DNA of 64,000 nt. Origin: Pirellulales bacterium. GTDB lineage: Bacteria; Planctomycetota; Planctomycetia; Pirellulales; PALSA-1355. Made by a program: the position numbers and the translations under genes. The notes below the pieces were generated by a model, which saw nothing but the letters and a program-made list of their open reading frames with translations, made no database searches and had not been told where the DNA came from. Positions 50,070 through 61,885 of the stretch are shown piece by piece. Every line of letters begins with the position of its first letter. Positions within the stretch are counted from its first letter, which is position 1. The stretch is taken from positions 1-64,000 of the forward strand of contig CAVTBU010000001.1 in the NCBI GenBank assembly GCA_963733035.1. Reading direction: 5' to 3'.

Positions 50070-50086
50070 TTGGCAAGCCATTTGCT
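50070..50086 (+). promoter_or_regulatory. Putative sigma54 (-24/-12) promoter upstream of prkA/yeaG
   Basis: TTGGCAAGCCATTTGCT with exact GG-N10-GC spacing. Confidence 0.62.
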
Positions 50087-50130
50087 GGTGGGAATAACGT
50101 TGTGCGGCTGGATTGGCCGCAAAGTCGATA

Positions 50131-50159
50131 TTGTCGACCCCCGGGGTTGTAAGCATACT
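50131..50159 (+). promoter_or_regulatory. Second, sigma70-type promoter upstream of prkA/yeaG
   Basis: TTGTCG-17 nt-CATACT. Confidence 0.45.
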
Positions 50160-50584
50160 TGGCATAGGTAAGAGATGGTCGCGGCAAGGATCGCACGGCC
50201 TCGCAATACCCGACGAAAGAGAAGTAGGCTTGCTGTAGCATCCTGCCCGCCGCGCCTCGAGCGTTCTTTTCCAATTTCTCTCTCTGCTGGCCATCAAGTT
50301 CGCGTCGCTGGAACTTTCCCCTGTGCGCTGCGAACGGGTGCGCCCTGGTGCCGCTTGCCAAGCCGTCGCACGTGCATGGCGCGTGCGCGCATCGCCAACG
50401 GTAACAGCAGAACAACAATCAGGAAACGAAACTCGGAGACGCGGTAACTAAACTAGTAACGATAGGCGACAAAACGCAACGCAATTGATTCGGGCCGCTC
50501 GGCGCTATTTCGCCGCGAAGCCCCTGGCGTTCAGGGACACTCCGGCGAAAGGTGCCATTTGGCGCCCTTACCGGAGGATCATTC

Positions 50585-52627
<2,043 letters not shown>

Positions 52628-52841
52628 TGCCCCGCGGCGCGATTCGCGAAAGCGTCGCGTTCATCCATCAGCCCCCGGCTCTGCCGGGGGGCCTCGCACT
52701 GAGAACGGCGCGAGACTGATCGAGCGGGCCACTGCAAACCGAATAAATACGAAAGGGCAGGGGTGCGCCAGCCGGCGCGTCGCCCCCGAGAACGAGGCGA
52801 CGAGCGGCGGCGGGTATTACCCCGACCAACGGAAACCGCCT

Positions 52842-53939
52842 ATGAGAATCGAGCACGACCTGTCGCGATTCAAGCAAATCGTACGCGGCAAGATTCGCCA
52901 GAATCTGCGCAAGTACGTCACGCACGGCGAGATGATCGGCCGCAAAGGTCGCGATCTGGTCAGTATTCCAATTCCCCAGCTCGACGTCCCTCACTTTCGC
53001 TACGGCAAAAATGGCTCAGGTGGCGTCGGCCAAGGCGATGGCGAAGAAGGCACCCCGGTCGGCAAAGCCGGTGACTCGGAAAATGGCTCCGGGGCCGCCG
53101 GCAGCGATCCGGGCGCCCATCTGCTGGAAGTCGAAGTCTCGCTCGAGGAGCTGGCCGCCATCCTTGGCGAGGAACTTGAACTGCCGCGCATCGAGCCCAA
53201 GGGTACGGCCAACATCGAACAGGAAAAATCTCGCTACACGAGCATTCGCCGTAGCGGGCCCGAGTCGCTTCGCCACTTCAAACGGACCTACATGGAAGCC
53301 CTTCGCCGGCAGATCTCTTCCAATTCGTATGTGCCCGATCGCCCCCGCGTGGTCCCCATTCGCGAAGACAAACGCTACCGCGCGTGGAACGAAGTCAACC
53401 TGCCCGAAGCCAATGCGGCAATCATCTACATGATGGACGTGTCGGGCTCGATGACCGACGACCAAAAGGACATCGTTCGCACGGCGGCCTTCTGGCTCGA
53501 TACGTGGCTCAAGAGCCAGTACAAGGGGCTGGAACGCCGCTACATCATTCACGATGCCGCGGCCAAGGAGGTCGACGAGGAAACCTTCTACCACACCCGC
53601 GAAAGCGGCGGCACGCGAATCAGCTCGGCCTACAAGGTGGCCGCCGAACTGATTTCCCGATCGTTTCCCGCCAGCGAGTGGAACATCTATTGCTTCCAAT
53701 TCTCCGACGGCGACAACTGGGGCGAAGATAACGAACGAAGCCTGGAACTACTGAAGAATGAGATCTTGCCGCACGTCAACTTGTTCTGCTACGGCCAGGT
53801 CGAAAGTCCCTACGGCAGCGGCGAGTACATTCGTTCGCTCGACTTTGCCGAAGACGAGCCGCGGCTGCTTACGGCCGAGATCGAAAACAAAGAGGCGATT
53901 TACGGCTGCCTGAAGGAATTTCTGGGCACCGGGGTTTAG
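52842..53939 (+). CDS. yeaH: YeaH/YhbH (DUF444) vWA-like protein
   Basis: MMDVSGSM, ESGGTRISSAY, WNIYCFQFSDGDNW; located between prkA and spoVR. Confidence 0.9.
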   Translation: MRIEHDLSRFKQIVRGKIRQNLRKYVTHGEMIGRKGRDLVSIPIPQLDVPHFRYGKNGSGGVGQGDGEEGTPVGKAGDSENGSGAAGSDPGAHLLEVEVSLEELAAILGEELELPRIEPKGTANIEQEKSRYTSIRRSGPESLRHFKRTYMEALRRQISSNSYVPDRPRVVPIREDKRYRAWNEVNLPEANAAIIYMMDVSGSMTDDQKDIVRTAAFWLDTWLKSQYKGLERRYIIHDAAAKEVDEETFYHTRESGGTRISSAYKVAAELISRSFPASEWNIYCFQFSDGDNWGEDNERSLELLKNEILPHVNLFCYGQVESPYGSGEYIRSLDFAEDEPRLLTAEIENKEAIYGCLKEFLGTGV

Positions 53940-53958
53940 AGCGAAAGTCGAGCATCCC

Positions 53959-55485
53959 ATGGCCACCGTGAGCTTCGAACCACTGCCCGCCAATCTGGCC
54001 GAAATCCAAGTCAAGATCGAGGGCTATGCCCGCGACTACGGGCTTGATTTCTATCCCACGATCTTCGAACTGATCGACGCCGACCAGCTCAATGCCGTGG
54101 CGGCCTACGGCGGCTTTCCCACGCGCTATCCGCATTGGCGATTCGGCATGGAGTTCGAACAACTCAACAAGGGATATACCTACGGGCTGCAGAAGATCTA
54201 CGAGCTGGTGATCAACAACAATCCGTGCTACGCCTATCTGATGCGCTGTAACGGATTGGTCGATCAGAAGTTGGTGATGGCCCACGTGTACGGGCACTGC
54301 GACTTCTTCAAGAACAACTATTGGTTCAGCCAGACCAACCGCAAGATGATGGACGAGATGGCCAACCACGGCAATCGCATCCGTCGTTACATGGACCGCT
54401 TTGGCGTGGAACCGGTCGAGACCTTCATCGACGCGTGCCTGAGCATTGAAGACCTGATCGACATTCACTCGCCGTTCGTCAAACGCTTCGACCAGCCGAA
54501 CCGCTACGACTTTGATCGGGGACACGACGAGGTGGAAGAGTCGGTAACGCCAGGCCGTTTTCAGGCAAAAGATTATATGGACTCGTTTATCAACCCGCCG
54601 CAGGTCCTCTCGGCCGAAGCCGACCGTATGCGGCAGGCGCAGGAAAAGCAGCTGCACTTTCCGCCGGAACCAGTGCGCGACGTGATGTTGTTCGTGCTCG
54701 AGAACGCGCCGCTGCGTCCTTGGCAGCTCGATGTGCTTTCGATCGTCCGCGACGAAGCCTATTACTTCGCGCCGCAAGCGCAAACGAAAATCATGAACGA
54801 AGGCTGGGCCAGCTACTGGCACTCCACGATCATGACCCGGCAGGGACTCGAAGCCGCCGACGTGGTCAACTACTGCGATCATCACTCCGGCACGCTGGCA
54901 AGTTCCCCCACGAAGCTCAATCCTTACAAACTGGGCATCGAGCTGTTCCGCGACATCGAAGAGCGCTGGAACAAGGGTCGCTTTGGCAAGGAATATGAAG
55001 AGTGCGACGACCTGGCTCGCAAGCGAGACTGGGACACCGGCGCGAACCTGGGGCGGCAAAAGATCTTCGAGGTCCGCAAGATCCACAACGACCTGACGTT
55101 CATCGACGAGTTCCTCACGCTCGACTTCGTCCGGCAATACAAGCTGTTTTCATTCGGTTACAACCCGTCGAGCGATGCCTACGAAATCGAAAGCCGCGAG
55201 TTCCCCAAGGTCAAACAGCAATTACTGTTCAGCCTGACTAACGTCGGTCGGCCGTTGATCGCGGTTCGCGACGGCAACTACAAGAATCGCGGCGAGCTCT
55301 ATCTGGAGCACACGTTCAACGGGGTGGAACTGAAACTGAATTATGCGCACGACACGCTGGTCAATCTGCATGCCCTGTGGTGCCGGCCCGTGCACATCGA
55401 AACCGTGCTCGACGGAACCCGCACGATTCTCTCGTTCGACGGAAGTGAGCACAAAACCGAGAAATGTGAAGAGGCGGAACCATGA
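53959..55485 (+). CDS. spoVR: SpoVR/YcgB family protein
   Basis: RYPHWRFG, YELVINNNPC, AHVYGHCDFFKNN, QTKIMNEGWASYWH, NPYKLG. Confidence 0.95.
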   Translation: MATVSFEPLPANLAEIQVKIEGYARDYGLDFYPTIFELIDADQLNAVAAYGGFPTRYPHWRFGMEFEQLNKGYTYGLQKIYELVINNNPCYAYLMRCNGLVDQKLVMAHVYGHCDFFKNNYWFSQTNRKMMDEMANHGNRIRRYMDRFGVEPVETFIDACLSIEDLIDIHSPFVKRFDQPNRYDFDRGHDEVEESVTPGRFQAKDYMDSFINPPQVLSAEADRMRQAQEKQLHFPPEPVRDVMLFVLENAPLRPWQLDVLSIVRDEAYYFAPQAQTKIMNEGWASYWHSTIMTRQGLEAADVVNYCDHHSGTLASSPTKLNPYKLGIELFRDIEERWNKGRFGKEYEECDDLARKRDWDTGANLGRQKIFEVRKIHNDLTFIDEFLTLDFVRQYKLFSFGYNPSSDAYEIESREFPKVKQQLLFSLTNVGRPLIAVRDGNYKNRGELYLEHTFNGVELKLNYAHDTLVNLHALWCRPVHIETVLDGTRTILSFDGSEHKTEKCEEAEP

Positions 55486-55961
55486 CGCTCAAAGACCAAC
55501 TGCAGCAAACACTGGCCGCGCTGCCGCTGTTTTCCAGCGGCCAGCAGAGTGTGGACCTGTGCGAAAACAACCAGCATCTCAGTTGCCAGCTGACAGCCCT
55601 CGACACGCTGGCCTGCGCCTTTACGCGGCTCGCGTTGCGGGCAGACAGCCTGGCCAACCGTGCGCCAGACGACCTCAAGTGGATTGCCGAAAACCTCTCG
55701 GCTAAGCTCACCTACCTGCTCGAACCAATCAGCCCCATCGAGACCGACTCCGAGGGCTGCGTCGTTCAGATGCGCTCCAATCCGCCTCAAAAAGACGCCG
55801 ACCGCACGAGCTACTACGAACTGCTCGTCGCGCGGACCGGCGAATTGAGCCTCGCCCGCTACACGCGGGCAGTCGGCCAAGCGCGCGAGGTGGTGCCGGC
55901 CGAGGTAACTCGCGAAGTCTTGTGCCGCCTGGCCGGCGACCTTTCGGTCGCTGCTGTCTAA
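55482..55961 (+). CDS. Hypothetical protein translationally coupled to spoVR
   Basis: ATGA start/stop overlap, GAGG SD, host-like codon usage, motif LTYLLEPISPIE.D...VQMRS.PP. Confidence 0.8.
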   Translation: MTLKDQLQQTLAALPLFSSGQQSVDLCENNQHLSCQLTALDTLACAFTRLALRADSLANRAPDDLKWIAENLSAKLTYLLEPISPIETDSEGCVVQMRSNPPQKDADRTSYYELLVARTGELSLARYTRAVGQAREVVPAEVTREVLCRLAGDLSVAAV

Positions 55962-56211
55962 CGATTCAGACCGCCGTACTGACACGCCGAATCTTTTTGA
56001 GCGTCGTGGTCTCTCTGCGCACATCGTCGCAATTGGTAGCACCGCAACTTTCGCTGACGAAATCGTTCGGATGCGGAATCCGTCCCAATACGCCAATTGC
56101 CACAGCCTGACGTTCCGGACATTGGCACCCACCATTTCAGGGCATACAATCGCCCCAGAGACAGCACTCAGCTTGCCTCGATGGTTCTCGCCCGCATTAG
56201 GAGCCCCTGAG

Positions 56212-58097
56212 ATGTCTGATAAGGTTGAACGAGTCGCCGAGGCCGAGGAACCTGCCGAAACGGAATACTCGAACTGCGAGGTTGATGATTCTGGTGCAAC
56301 TGAACTTTCCCCGCCTAAGGCTCGAAATGCCGATCAGGAAGATCAAGAGACCGTCGACCAACCAGACACCGCTAGCGCCCACTCCGACTTGTGTGACGAA
56401 GCGACAGAATTAGACGCGCTCGAATCGATTGAGAGTGACGCGCGCTCGACCGAAACCTGCGACGACACCCACCAACCGAACCGAGAAAGGAAGCTACACA
56501 AGCGTAGGCGAGTAGTACAGGCCCCGGCCGAAGCTCGGCTTCGCGGTCGGCGACAATTCTGCAAACGGATTGCCGATATTGCGCCGTACATGCTGAAGAC
56601 AGTCAAATTGAGGATCCTTGGGAACTACCTGAATTCCACGAAAGGACTTTCCGACGACGCCCTGACCGAGCAGTTGAGAAAAGACGCGGGCAAGATAGCG
56701 GCGAGGGATCGCATTCTTGGCGCCTTTGAATCTCTCGATTCAACGGCAGACTTACGAAATCTGAAGTGGATCATCCTAATTGGAGTACTCCTCCAAGAGG
56801 AAACCTACAGCCTCGAGGAATCGCGACTGGAAGAGAAAGTAGTCGATTTCGAAAAGCGAGTCGTAAAACGAGCCCGCACGCTGGATTTCTTCGACAAGAA
56901 GAGCCACGAAGAAACGCGATGGCACTTCTACGACACGTACCGAATCGTTCTCGAAGCGGCCTGGGCAAAGGACGAGGACATCTCTGTCGACGAAGCCAAC
57001 CTTTTGGCGGTCTTGCGAGACCATCTCAGCATTACGATGGAGGAGCACTGGGCCATTGGAGCGTACATAAAACGATTCCCGAAAACCAAGTGCCTTCTTC
57101 ACACACCAGAGGAAATCCATGACGCCCGTAAGCAACTTCAAAAAGAATCGCTATTGTGGAACTACCGCGACGAACATGACCGCCGAATTGATGTCATTCC
57201 ATACGAGGTCGTACAACTATTGGCTCAGGAAGTTGCGCGCAGGAACTTCAACGCACAAACTATCATCGACTGCTGCAAAACGACAGCATCAAGCTCAGCG
57301 ACCTGCGCGATGTCCTACAGGCCAACAGCATGGACCGCAATGGAAACAAGGACCTGTTGATCACCCGGATTGCCGAGAGCGACGTGCGGCCGAGCGATGT
57401 GTTGGGCGCGTTGGACAGCGATAAACTTGCAAAAATGTGCAGGGCTGTCGCCTTGCCTTCATCGGGCTCAAAATCCGAGCGCATCGTTAGATTGATCGAC
57501 TTCTATGATGACCTTACGTTCGAAGAGCGCACTACTCAGGATGCTCGAGAGGAATGGTACAGCAACTATGAACTTCTTGCTGCGAGGAGCTATTCGGATT
57601 TAAAAGCCAAGAAGGTCATCAACAGGGACCTCGATATCGAGCACCAATTCGAGAGGGCAACTGATTTCTTGTTTGAGACAAAACTGCGAGTGCCCGTCGA
57701 CCACAAACGGAAGGGCACCAAGGCCGACGGACGCATCTTGCTTGAAAACCGACAGTCCATTCTTTGGGATTGCAAGTCAAACGAGAAGTCCGTCAACCTG
57801 CAAGACCATCTGGAGAGCCAGTTTGATGGCTATCTTAGAAGGGAAGCCGCCTGCGGCAACCAATGTCTCGCATTCATCGTGATCGGACCCGCATTCACCG
57901 CGCAGTCACTTAAGCTCTGTCATCAATACAAGGCCAGAACAAACTGGGATGTTGCGCTCGTCACGGCAGAGGCGCTGAAGCATCTGGCTGAACTGTGGAG
58001 CACCACCTCTGGCGGAAAGCAATTTCCAATCAGGCTCCTCAACCGCACCGAGTTGATCGACAAAGAAAAGGCGGAGTATTTACACAGCTTGGCGTAA
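56212..58097 (+). CDS. TerB-like + tandem SAP + PD-(D/E)XK nuclease domain protein; frameshift near 57240
   Basis: AGGAG SD; AAWAKDEDISVDEANLLAVLRDHLSI; two SAP-like motifs; C-terminal FERAT...KADGRI...ILWDCKS. Confidence 0.65.
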
Positions 58098-58153
58098 CTA
58101 ACGGCGGGCAAGTGTATTGATTGACACCGCAGACGAACACGCGACCCTAACGG

Positions 58154-58182
58154 TTGCTCACTATTCATCGTAGGCTTATGAT
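58154..58182 (+). promoter_or_regulatory. sigma70-type promoter for hemQ
   Basis: TTGCTC-17 nt-TATGAT. Confidence 0.55.
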
Positions 58183-58245
58183 TCGGCATTCGTTCGACGA
58201 ATTCGCGCCGGACAGCGTTACTCCGTAGGAGAGCTTTAACCCACG

Positions 58246-59073
58246 ATGAGCCACTCGCCAGGAACCGAAATCTCCCTCAAGCCGGCCGAAGGCTGGCACT
58301 GTAGCCATTTATATTACCGATTCAACCGCGCCGAACTGAAGCAGCTCAGTGCGGCCGAATTGACCGCGGGGCGGGAGCAATTCGCCGCCGTGCTCGATCC
58401 GCAGGCAACGGGATCGCCGGCTCGACTGCAAACATCGGTCGTTAGCGGCCACAAGGCCGACTTCGGCCTGATGATTTTGGACGCCGATCCGTTGGTCGTC
58501 GACAACGTGCATCAGCGGTTGATGTCTGGACCGCTCGGCCCGGCGCTCGAACCGAGCTACTCGTTCGTCTCGCTTACCGAGGTTTCCGAGTACGTCCCCT
58601 CGGTCGAGCAGTACGGCCAGCGGCTGGTCGCCGAAGGCGAGGATCCAAACGGCCAGGCGTATGCCGCCAAGCTAAAGGCCTACGAAGGCCGCGAAGTCAT
58701 GATGCGCCGGCAGCGGCTCACGCCCGATCTGCCCCCGTGGCCCTCCACGTGCTTCTACCCGATGAACAAGAAGCGAAAAGTCGGCGAGAACTGGTTCCTG
58801 CTCAATTTCGACGAGCGCAGCCGGATGATGACCGAGCACGGCCGCACCGGCATGACCTTCGGCGGCAAGGTGACACAGCTCATCACCGTCGGACTTGGCT
58901 ACGACGACTGGGAATGGGGGGTCACACTCTGGGCCCGCAACCCCGAGTTCCTCAAGGACATCGTCTATCGCATGCGATTCGACGAAGCCAGTGCTCGCTA
59001 TGCCGAGTTTGGACCGTTCTACGTCAGCTACGTAATGAGCCCCGAGCAGGTGCTGAAGCACTGCCGGATTTGA
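58246..59073 (+). CDS. hemQ: Coproheme decarboxylase / chlorite-dismutase family haem protein
   Basis: GHKADF, SFVSLTEVSEY, FYPMNKKR..NW, MTEHG, DDWEWGVTL, MRFDEASARYAEFGPFY. Confidence 0.85.
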   Translation: MSHSPGTEISLKPAEGWHCSHLYYRFNRAELKQLSAAELTAGREQFAAVLDPQATGSPARLQTSVVSGHKADFGLMILDADPLVVDNVHQRLMSGPLGPALEPSYSFVSLTEVSEYVPSVEQYGQRLVAEGEDPNGQAYAAKLKAYEGREVMMRRQRLTPDLPPWPSTCFYPMNKKRKVGENWFLLNFDERSRMMTEHGRTGMTFGGKVTQLITVGLGYDDWEWGVTLWARNPEFLKDIVYRMRFDEASARYAEFGPFYVSYVMSPEQVLKHCRI

Positions 59074-59119
59074 CGTGGTGGGCCGGTTCGGTCCCCTTCG
59101 ACCGCGGCCGATAACAAAT

Positions 59120-59896
59120 CTACTTCTTCGTCTTCGGCGTCAGCACCATCCGTACCCGAGTGCCGACCGGCGGGATATGCTCGGTAAAGGCTTCGTACAG
59201 CAGGGCTTCGTTCGACTGGCTGCTTTCGACCGGCAGGTCGAGCATGGCGGTGGGAAAGTTCGAAACACAGATAAAGTCACCCGACTCGGCCAGGTAGGCC
59301 TTCTCGCCAGTTACTTCGTCCTGCCAAAAGCCGCTGCCGCCGAATACCCAGGGATGCGCAAGCGCTTTGCCAGTCTTGACGTTGCGAACCCAATCCTGGG
59401 CTCGGTCGCGGTGAACCTTGCCGTCTTTGTCGGTCCAAACGAGCTCGATGTCGATCTCGCTTCCCGTGGCCGGCTTATAGTCGGGCTGATACTGTACCGG
59501 GGTCCCCGCTTCGGCGCCTACGGCCAGCAGGCCGGCATGTACGGCATAGGCCCGCGTGTCGGCGGCGATGATTGACTCGTGCTCCTTGGTGCCACGGGGG
59601 CAGGCGAACATTTCGAGTTGCCCCTCCCGCAGGCAGACGGTGCCGTCGACGACGACCCGCTTATGCGCGGGATCGATCCAGACGTCGTAACCCTTCATCA
59701 GCCGCTTCATGCCGGCCGGATCCTTGGAAAGCGAACGTCCGGTTGCCGTCTCTGTCATCGGCTGTTCCGTCGCCGGCGATCCATCGGCCGCGGGCGGTTG
59801 CTCTGCCCGGAGCAGCGTCTGGACGCCAAACAGCCAGGCAAAAATGCCAAACAGGACGGCCAGACAAATCAAACGAGGCGACGGCAATCCTTGCAT
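59120..59896 (-). CDS. YdjY domain-containing secreted protein
   Basis: LEMFACPRGTKEHESI, VHAGLLAVGAEAG, WVFGGS, GDFICVSNF; signal peptide. Confidence 0.75.
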   Translation of the reverse strand: MQGLPSPRLICLAVLFGIFAWLFGVQTLLRAEQPPAADGSPATEQPMTETATGRSLSKDPAGMKRLMKGYDVWIDPAHKRVVVDGTVCLREGQLEMFACPRGTKEHESIIAADTRAYAVHAGLLAVGAEAGTPVQYQPDYKPATGSEIDIELVWTDKDGKVHRDRAQDWVRNVKTGKALAHPWVFGGSGFWQDEVTGEKAYLAESGDFICVSNFPTAMLDLPVESSQSNEALLYEAFTEHIPPVGTRVRMVLTPKTKK

Positions 59897-60085
59897 GAGG
59901 GGCTCGCTGGAAAGAGCTGCAAAAAAATCGGGGAAGGGACGCGATAAGCAGGCCTCTGATTGCTAAGATACCGACTTGTCGCACCCCCGTCCAATTTGAG
60001 GAAAAGGAAGGAGCCACGCTCGGCACGCTGCACTGGCCGTCTCATTTGACAGCTCTGCACACTCGGGCAGTTCCACTGCAAGAAC

Positions 60086-61885
60086 ATGGCCACGACGACC
60101 ACCTCGACTAAACGTTCCAAAAAGAATCGTGCCAGCTTGGCTTCCGGACCAGGCGGCCCGTGGAGCCCCGCGGCTCCCGACCGCGTGCGCGAAAACTACC
60201 AGGGCGATTCGAGCGGCGCCGGGTGGTCGATTTGGAAGAAACATCTCGCCAAGCGTAAAGTCCGGCCGCTGGGCAAACTTTTTCCAGGCCATCAGCCGGC
60301 ACTGTTTTGGGCTTTGCCCAACGATTGCAACGTCGAACCGGCGGTGCGGACCGTCGATTTGCTGCGTCACCCAACGGCCGCCGAGCGAGAAACGGCGGGC
60401 TTGGAAAACGCCGCACACTGTTGGCTTAGCGGGGTCGAGGTGGCCGCCGCGGACACAGCCTTCGCGTTGGATTGCCTGGCCTGGGCCGGGGCATTGCCAA
60501 GTTTGGTCCACTACCTGACGGAACGAACCTGGTGGAGGCTCTGCAATCGCCTGGTGCAAATTGCCGCCGATGAGCGCCGCGCTGCCGGCCCCTTGGCCGT
60601 CCAATTGCTGAACGCCGAATTGCCGGTGCTGCTTTTATACTGCTTGCCGGAGCTGGCCGAGTGCCAATCGCTGGCTGGCGTTGCCCACCGCACGCTCGAA
60701 CGAACCGCCATCGAGCCGGTCGACGACAATTCGATCGTGCACGGCCAGCGTCTGGATCTGCTGCGCCCGATGCTCGCCAGTTGGACGCGCATCCGGGTTT
60801 TGAGCCGCGGGCTGGAAGACAACCTCTGGAGCGACGAATCGCTGCAGCAATATTCACGGCTGGTTGAATATTCCCTGCGGTTGTCGCGCGCCGATGGCCG
60901 CATCGTTTTCGGTGAGGACTCGCCTCGCTGGAACAAGCGGCTGCTGAAGACCGCCGTGCGACAGGCAGACCACGGTAAGATCCGCCGCCTCGCGGAGCTA
61001 ATCGACAGCGGCGACTCGAAGGCCGTCCCATCGCCTCGCACGCCCCGTCCGCCACTCCAGCTTGAAGCCGCCGGCCTGGCCATCTTGCGGTGCGACTGGC
61101 AACGGCGTAGCCCGCAATTGGCGGTGAACTACAGCGCGCCGAAACTCGTCAGCGAGCTATCTCTCGGCAAGCAAATCATCTGGTCGGGCGCGCACGAATT
61201 GGATCTGCGCATCGACGGCCGACAGCTCGTCGGCCAGCAGCCCTGGGACCAGATCTGTTGGGAATCCGACGACGAGATCGACTATCTCGAATTGGAACTC
61301 GACCTTCCAGACGGAGTCCACGTTCAGCGGCACATAGCTCTGGCGCGCGAAGATCGATTCCTGCTGCTGGCCGACGCCGTGCTTGGAACTCACACCGGAA
61401 AGATCGAATACCGCAGTACGCTGCCTCTCGCCGCCGGCGTCGACTTCCAGCCGGAAGCAGAAACCCGCGAGGGAACGCTGGTGGCGGCCAAGACGTCGCT
61501 GCGCGTGCTGCCGCTCGAACTCGGCGAGTGGCGTTGTGGATCGACCTGCGGCGCGCTGCAGGCGGCGGACGGACGGCTCGAGTTAACACAGTCGACGACG
61601 GGCCAGCGCCTGTTCGCTCCCTTGTTTGTCGACCTCGCCCCGCGCCGTCAGGCGAAGGAGCTCACCTGGAGGCAACTCACCGTTGGCAAGGATCGTACGG
61701 CCGTGCCCCGCGACGAGGCGGTCGGCTATCGCGTCCAGATCGGGCGCGCGCAGTGGCTACTGTATCGGGCCCTCGGCGAAGCGGCGACTCGCACGGTGCT
61801 TGGTAAGAACTTGTACAACGAGTTGTTGATCGGCCGATTCAACACGGACGGCAAAGTTAAAACGCTGGTGGAAATCGAGGCATGA
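60086..61885 (+). CDS. Conserved hypothetical protein (helical N-half, beta-rich C-half, weakly heparinase II/III-like)
   Basis: 599 aa ORF with host-like codon usage and ATGA overlap with yggS. Confidence 0.65.
   Translation: MATTTTSTKRSKKNRASLASGPGGPWSPAAPDRVRENYQGDSSGAGWSIWKKHLAKRKVRPLGKLFPGHQPALFWALPNDCNVEPAVRTVDLLRHPTAAERETAGLENAAHCWLSGVEVAAADTAFALDCLAWAGALPSLVHYLTERTWWRLCNRLVQIAADERRAAGPLAVQLLNAELPVLLLYCLPELAECQSLAGVAHRTLERTAIEPVDDNSIVHGQRLDLLRPMLASWTRIRVLSRGLEDNLWSDESLQQYSRLVEYSLRLSRADGRIVFGEDSPRWNKRLLKTAVRQADHGKIRRLAELIDSGDSKAVPSPRTPRPPLQLEAAGLAILRCDWQRRSPQLAVNYSAPKLVSELSLGKQIIWSGAHELDLRIDGRQLVGQQPWDQICWESDDEIDYLELELDLPDGVHVQRHIALAREDRFLLLADAVLGTHTGKIEYRSTLPLAAGVDFQPEAETREGTLVAAKTSLRVLPLELGEWRCGSTCGALQAADGRLELTQSTTGQRLFAPLFVDLAPRRQAKELTWRQLTVGKDRTAVPRDEAVGYRVQIGRAQWLLYRALGEAATRTVLGKNLYNELLIGRFNTDGKVKTLVEIEA

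Noticed and set aside
55955..58150. CTAACG hexamers flanking the nuclease gene as a target-site duplication or cassette ends
   Set aside because: Too short to be significant, and there is no supporting inverted-repeat structure.
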